Assembly (NCBI GenBank): GCA_964601345.1
Contig: CAZRND010000135.1
Location: forward strand, 1 to 13,160
Direction: 5' to 3'
Length of the DNA stretch: 13,160 nucleotides
DNA from: an uncultured Acidobacteriota bacterium
GTDB lineage: Bacteria > Acidobacteriota > Terriglobia > JAJPHL01
The stretch's first letter is position 1, and the number at the start of each line of letters is the position of its first letter. This document shows, one piece after another, positions 12,354-13,160 of the stretch. Position numbers and translations under genes: made by a program. The notes under the pieces were generated by a model. It did not search any database, was not told the DNA's origin, and saw only the letters and a program-made list of their open reading frames with translations.

Positions 12354-13160
12354 AATTCTCCAGCACGGATCGCACCTCCATCAAAATGCCGGGGCCTGAA
12401 CTCTCGGCGATGGGAACGCTGAGCACACCGGCGGGCGAGAACTGCGATCCCTCGCGGCGGCCGAGAAAATCCATCAGCCGCTTCGGATCGGCCGGAGCGT
12501 CCTGGTGAAACTCCACGTGCAGCATGCCGCGCCGCCGCTCGATCTTGCGGATGGCGAGTCTCGTCGCCACGGCGCGCAAGCCCGCGTAGTCGAGCAGTTG
12601 AAGCACCGAGGGAGGCGGCGGGCCGTAGCGGTCTTCGAGCTCCTTCTCCATCGCCGCGCGATCCTCGGCCCCGGCAATCTGCTTGTAGATGCGCAGGCGC
12701 TGCCTCTCGTCGGGGACGTAATCGTCGGGGATGCGCAGGTTCACGCCCAGGTTGATCACGGTCGAGACTTCCGGCGCGACGTCCTCGCCCTTCAGCTCGC
12801 GGACGGTTCGTTCGAGCATGGTGCAATAGAGATCGAAGCCGATGGCGTGGATGTGTCCATGCTGCTCCCCGCCGAGCACGTTGCCCGCGCCGCGCAACTC
12901 GAGCTCGAGCGCCGCGATTTTGATTCCCGCGCCGTGGTCGCTGAATGCCTTGAGCGCGCTGAGCCGGCGTCGCGCCAGCGGCGTCAGCTCGCCTTCCGTG
13001 GGCACCAGCAAGTATGCGTACGCGCGACGGTTCGACCGTCCCACGCGCCCGCGCAATTGATACAGCTCGGAAAGGCCCATGCGGTCGGCGCGATTGACCA
13101 GGATCGTGTTGCAGAGCGGAATGTCGAGCCCGTTCTCGATGATCGTGGTGGCGACGAGAA
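12340..13160 (-). CDS. mfd: Transcription-repair coupling factor Mfd, C-terminal portion (5' end lies beyond the window)
   Basis: Helicase motif VI (QLRGRVGRS) is followed by the TRCF C-terminal domain. The frame stays open to 13160, and the residues encoded after 13080 (...LVATTIIENGLDIPLCNTILVNRAD) are helicase-C region. Stop is TAG at 12340-12342. Confidence 0.9.
   Translation of the reverse strand, partial: LVATTIIENGLDIPLCNTILVNRADRMGLSELYQLRGRVGRSNRRAYAYLLVPTEGELTPLARRRLSALKAFSDHGAGIKIAALELELRGAGNVLGGEQHGHIHAIGFDLYCTMLERTVRELKGEDVAPEVSTVINLGVNLRIPDDYVPDERQRLRIYKQIAGAEDRAAMEKELEDRYGPPPPSVLQLLDYAGLRAVATRLAIRKIERRRGMLHVEFHQDAPADPKRLMDFLGRREGSQFSPAGVLSVPIAESSGPGILMEVRSVLENFVRG

Noticed and set aside
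1-13160. Search for tRNA, rRNA, CRISPR arrays, IS elements or integrase genes
   Set aside because: I saw no cloverleaf-compatible segments, no regularly spaced direct repeats, and no transposase or integrase-like ORFs. The window appears to be core chromosome with one vapBC addiction module rather than a mobile island.

Overview
This 13.2 kb window is GC-rich and gene-dense, with no rRNA, tRNA, CRISPR or transposase signal visible to me. It looks like an Acidobacteria-type chromosome. The main clue is an 825-aa duplicated MacB/FtsX orphan permease with the characteristic MMDLRLALRSLRKSP N-terminus and no adjacent ATPase. Genes in order: a small CadC/OmpR-type winged-helix regulator fragment that is frameshifted in a G-run (+); a vapBC toxin-antitoxin pair (-); a long flotillin/SPFH protein with an internally triplicated N-terminal region (-); divergently, a nitrilase-superfamily C-N hydrolase (+); then a four-gene plus-strand operon in which every junction is an ATGA stop/start overlap. 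That operon encodes an ECF sigma factor, a minimal 2-TM anti-sigma factor with a ZAS HxxxCxxC motif, a 3-TM membrane protein with a C-terminal double zinc ribbon, and a signal-peptide protein made of two tandem ~100-aa beta-rich domains. Convergent and abutting it on the minus strand is the duplicated permease. Upstream of the permease is a small secreted protein carrying a third copy of the same beta-rich domain, and upstream of that an Fno/NpdG-type F420-dependent NADP reductase. A flavin-reductase-domain gene (+) sits divergent to the Fno gene across a ~25-60 bp AT-rich bidirectional promoter. A minus-strand cluster follows: sucC-like, a small 2x[4Fe-4S] ferredoxin, and sucD-like (ADP-forming CoA ligase), all overlapping, sitting 4-10 nt downstream of the 3' end of mfd (truncated by the window edge). 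The most interesting candidate system is the translationally coupled sigma/anti-sigma/zinc-ribbon/secreted-domain operon together with the paralogous secreted domains that bracket the orphan permease. All homology statements rest on reading the translated ORFs by eye. No database search was run.
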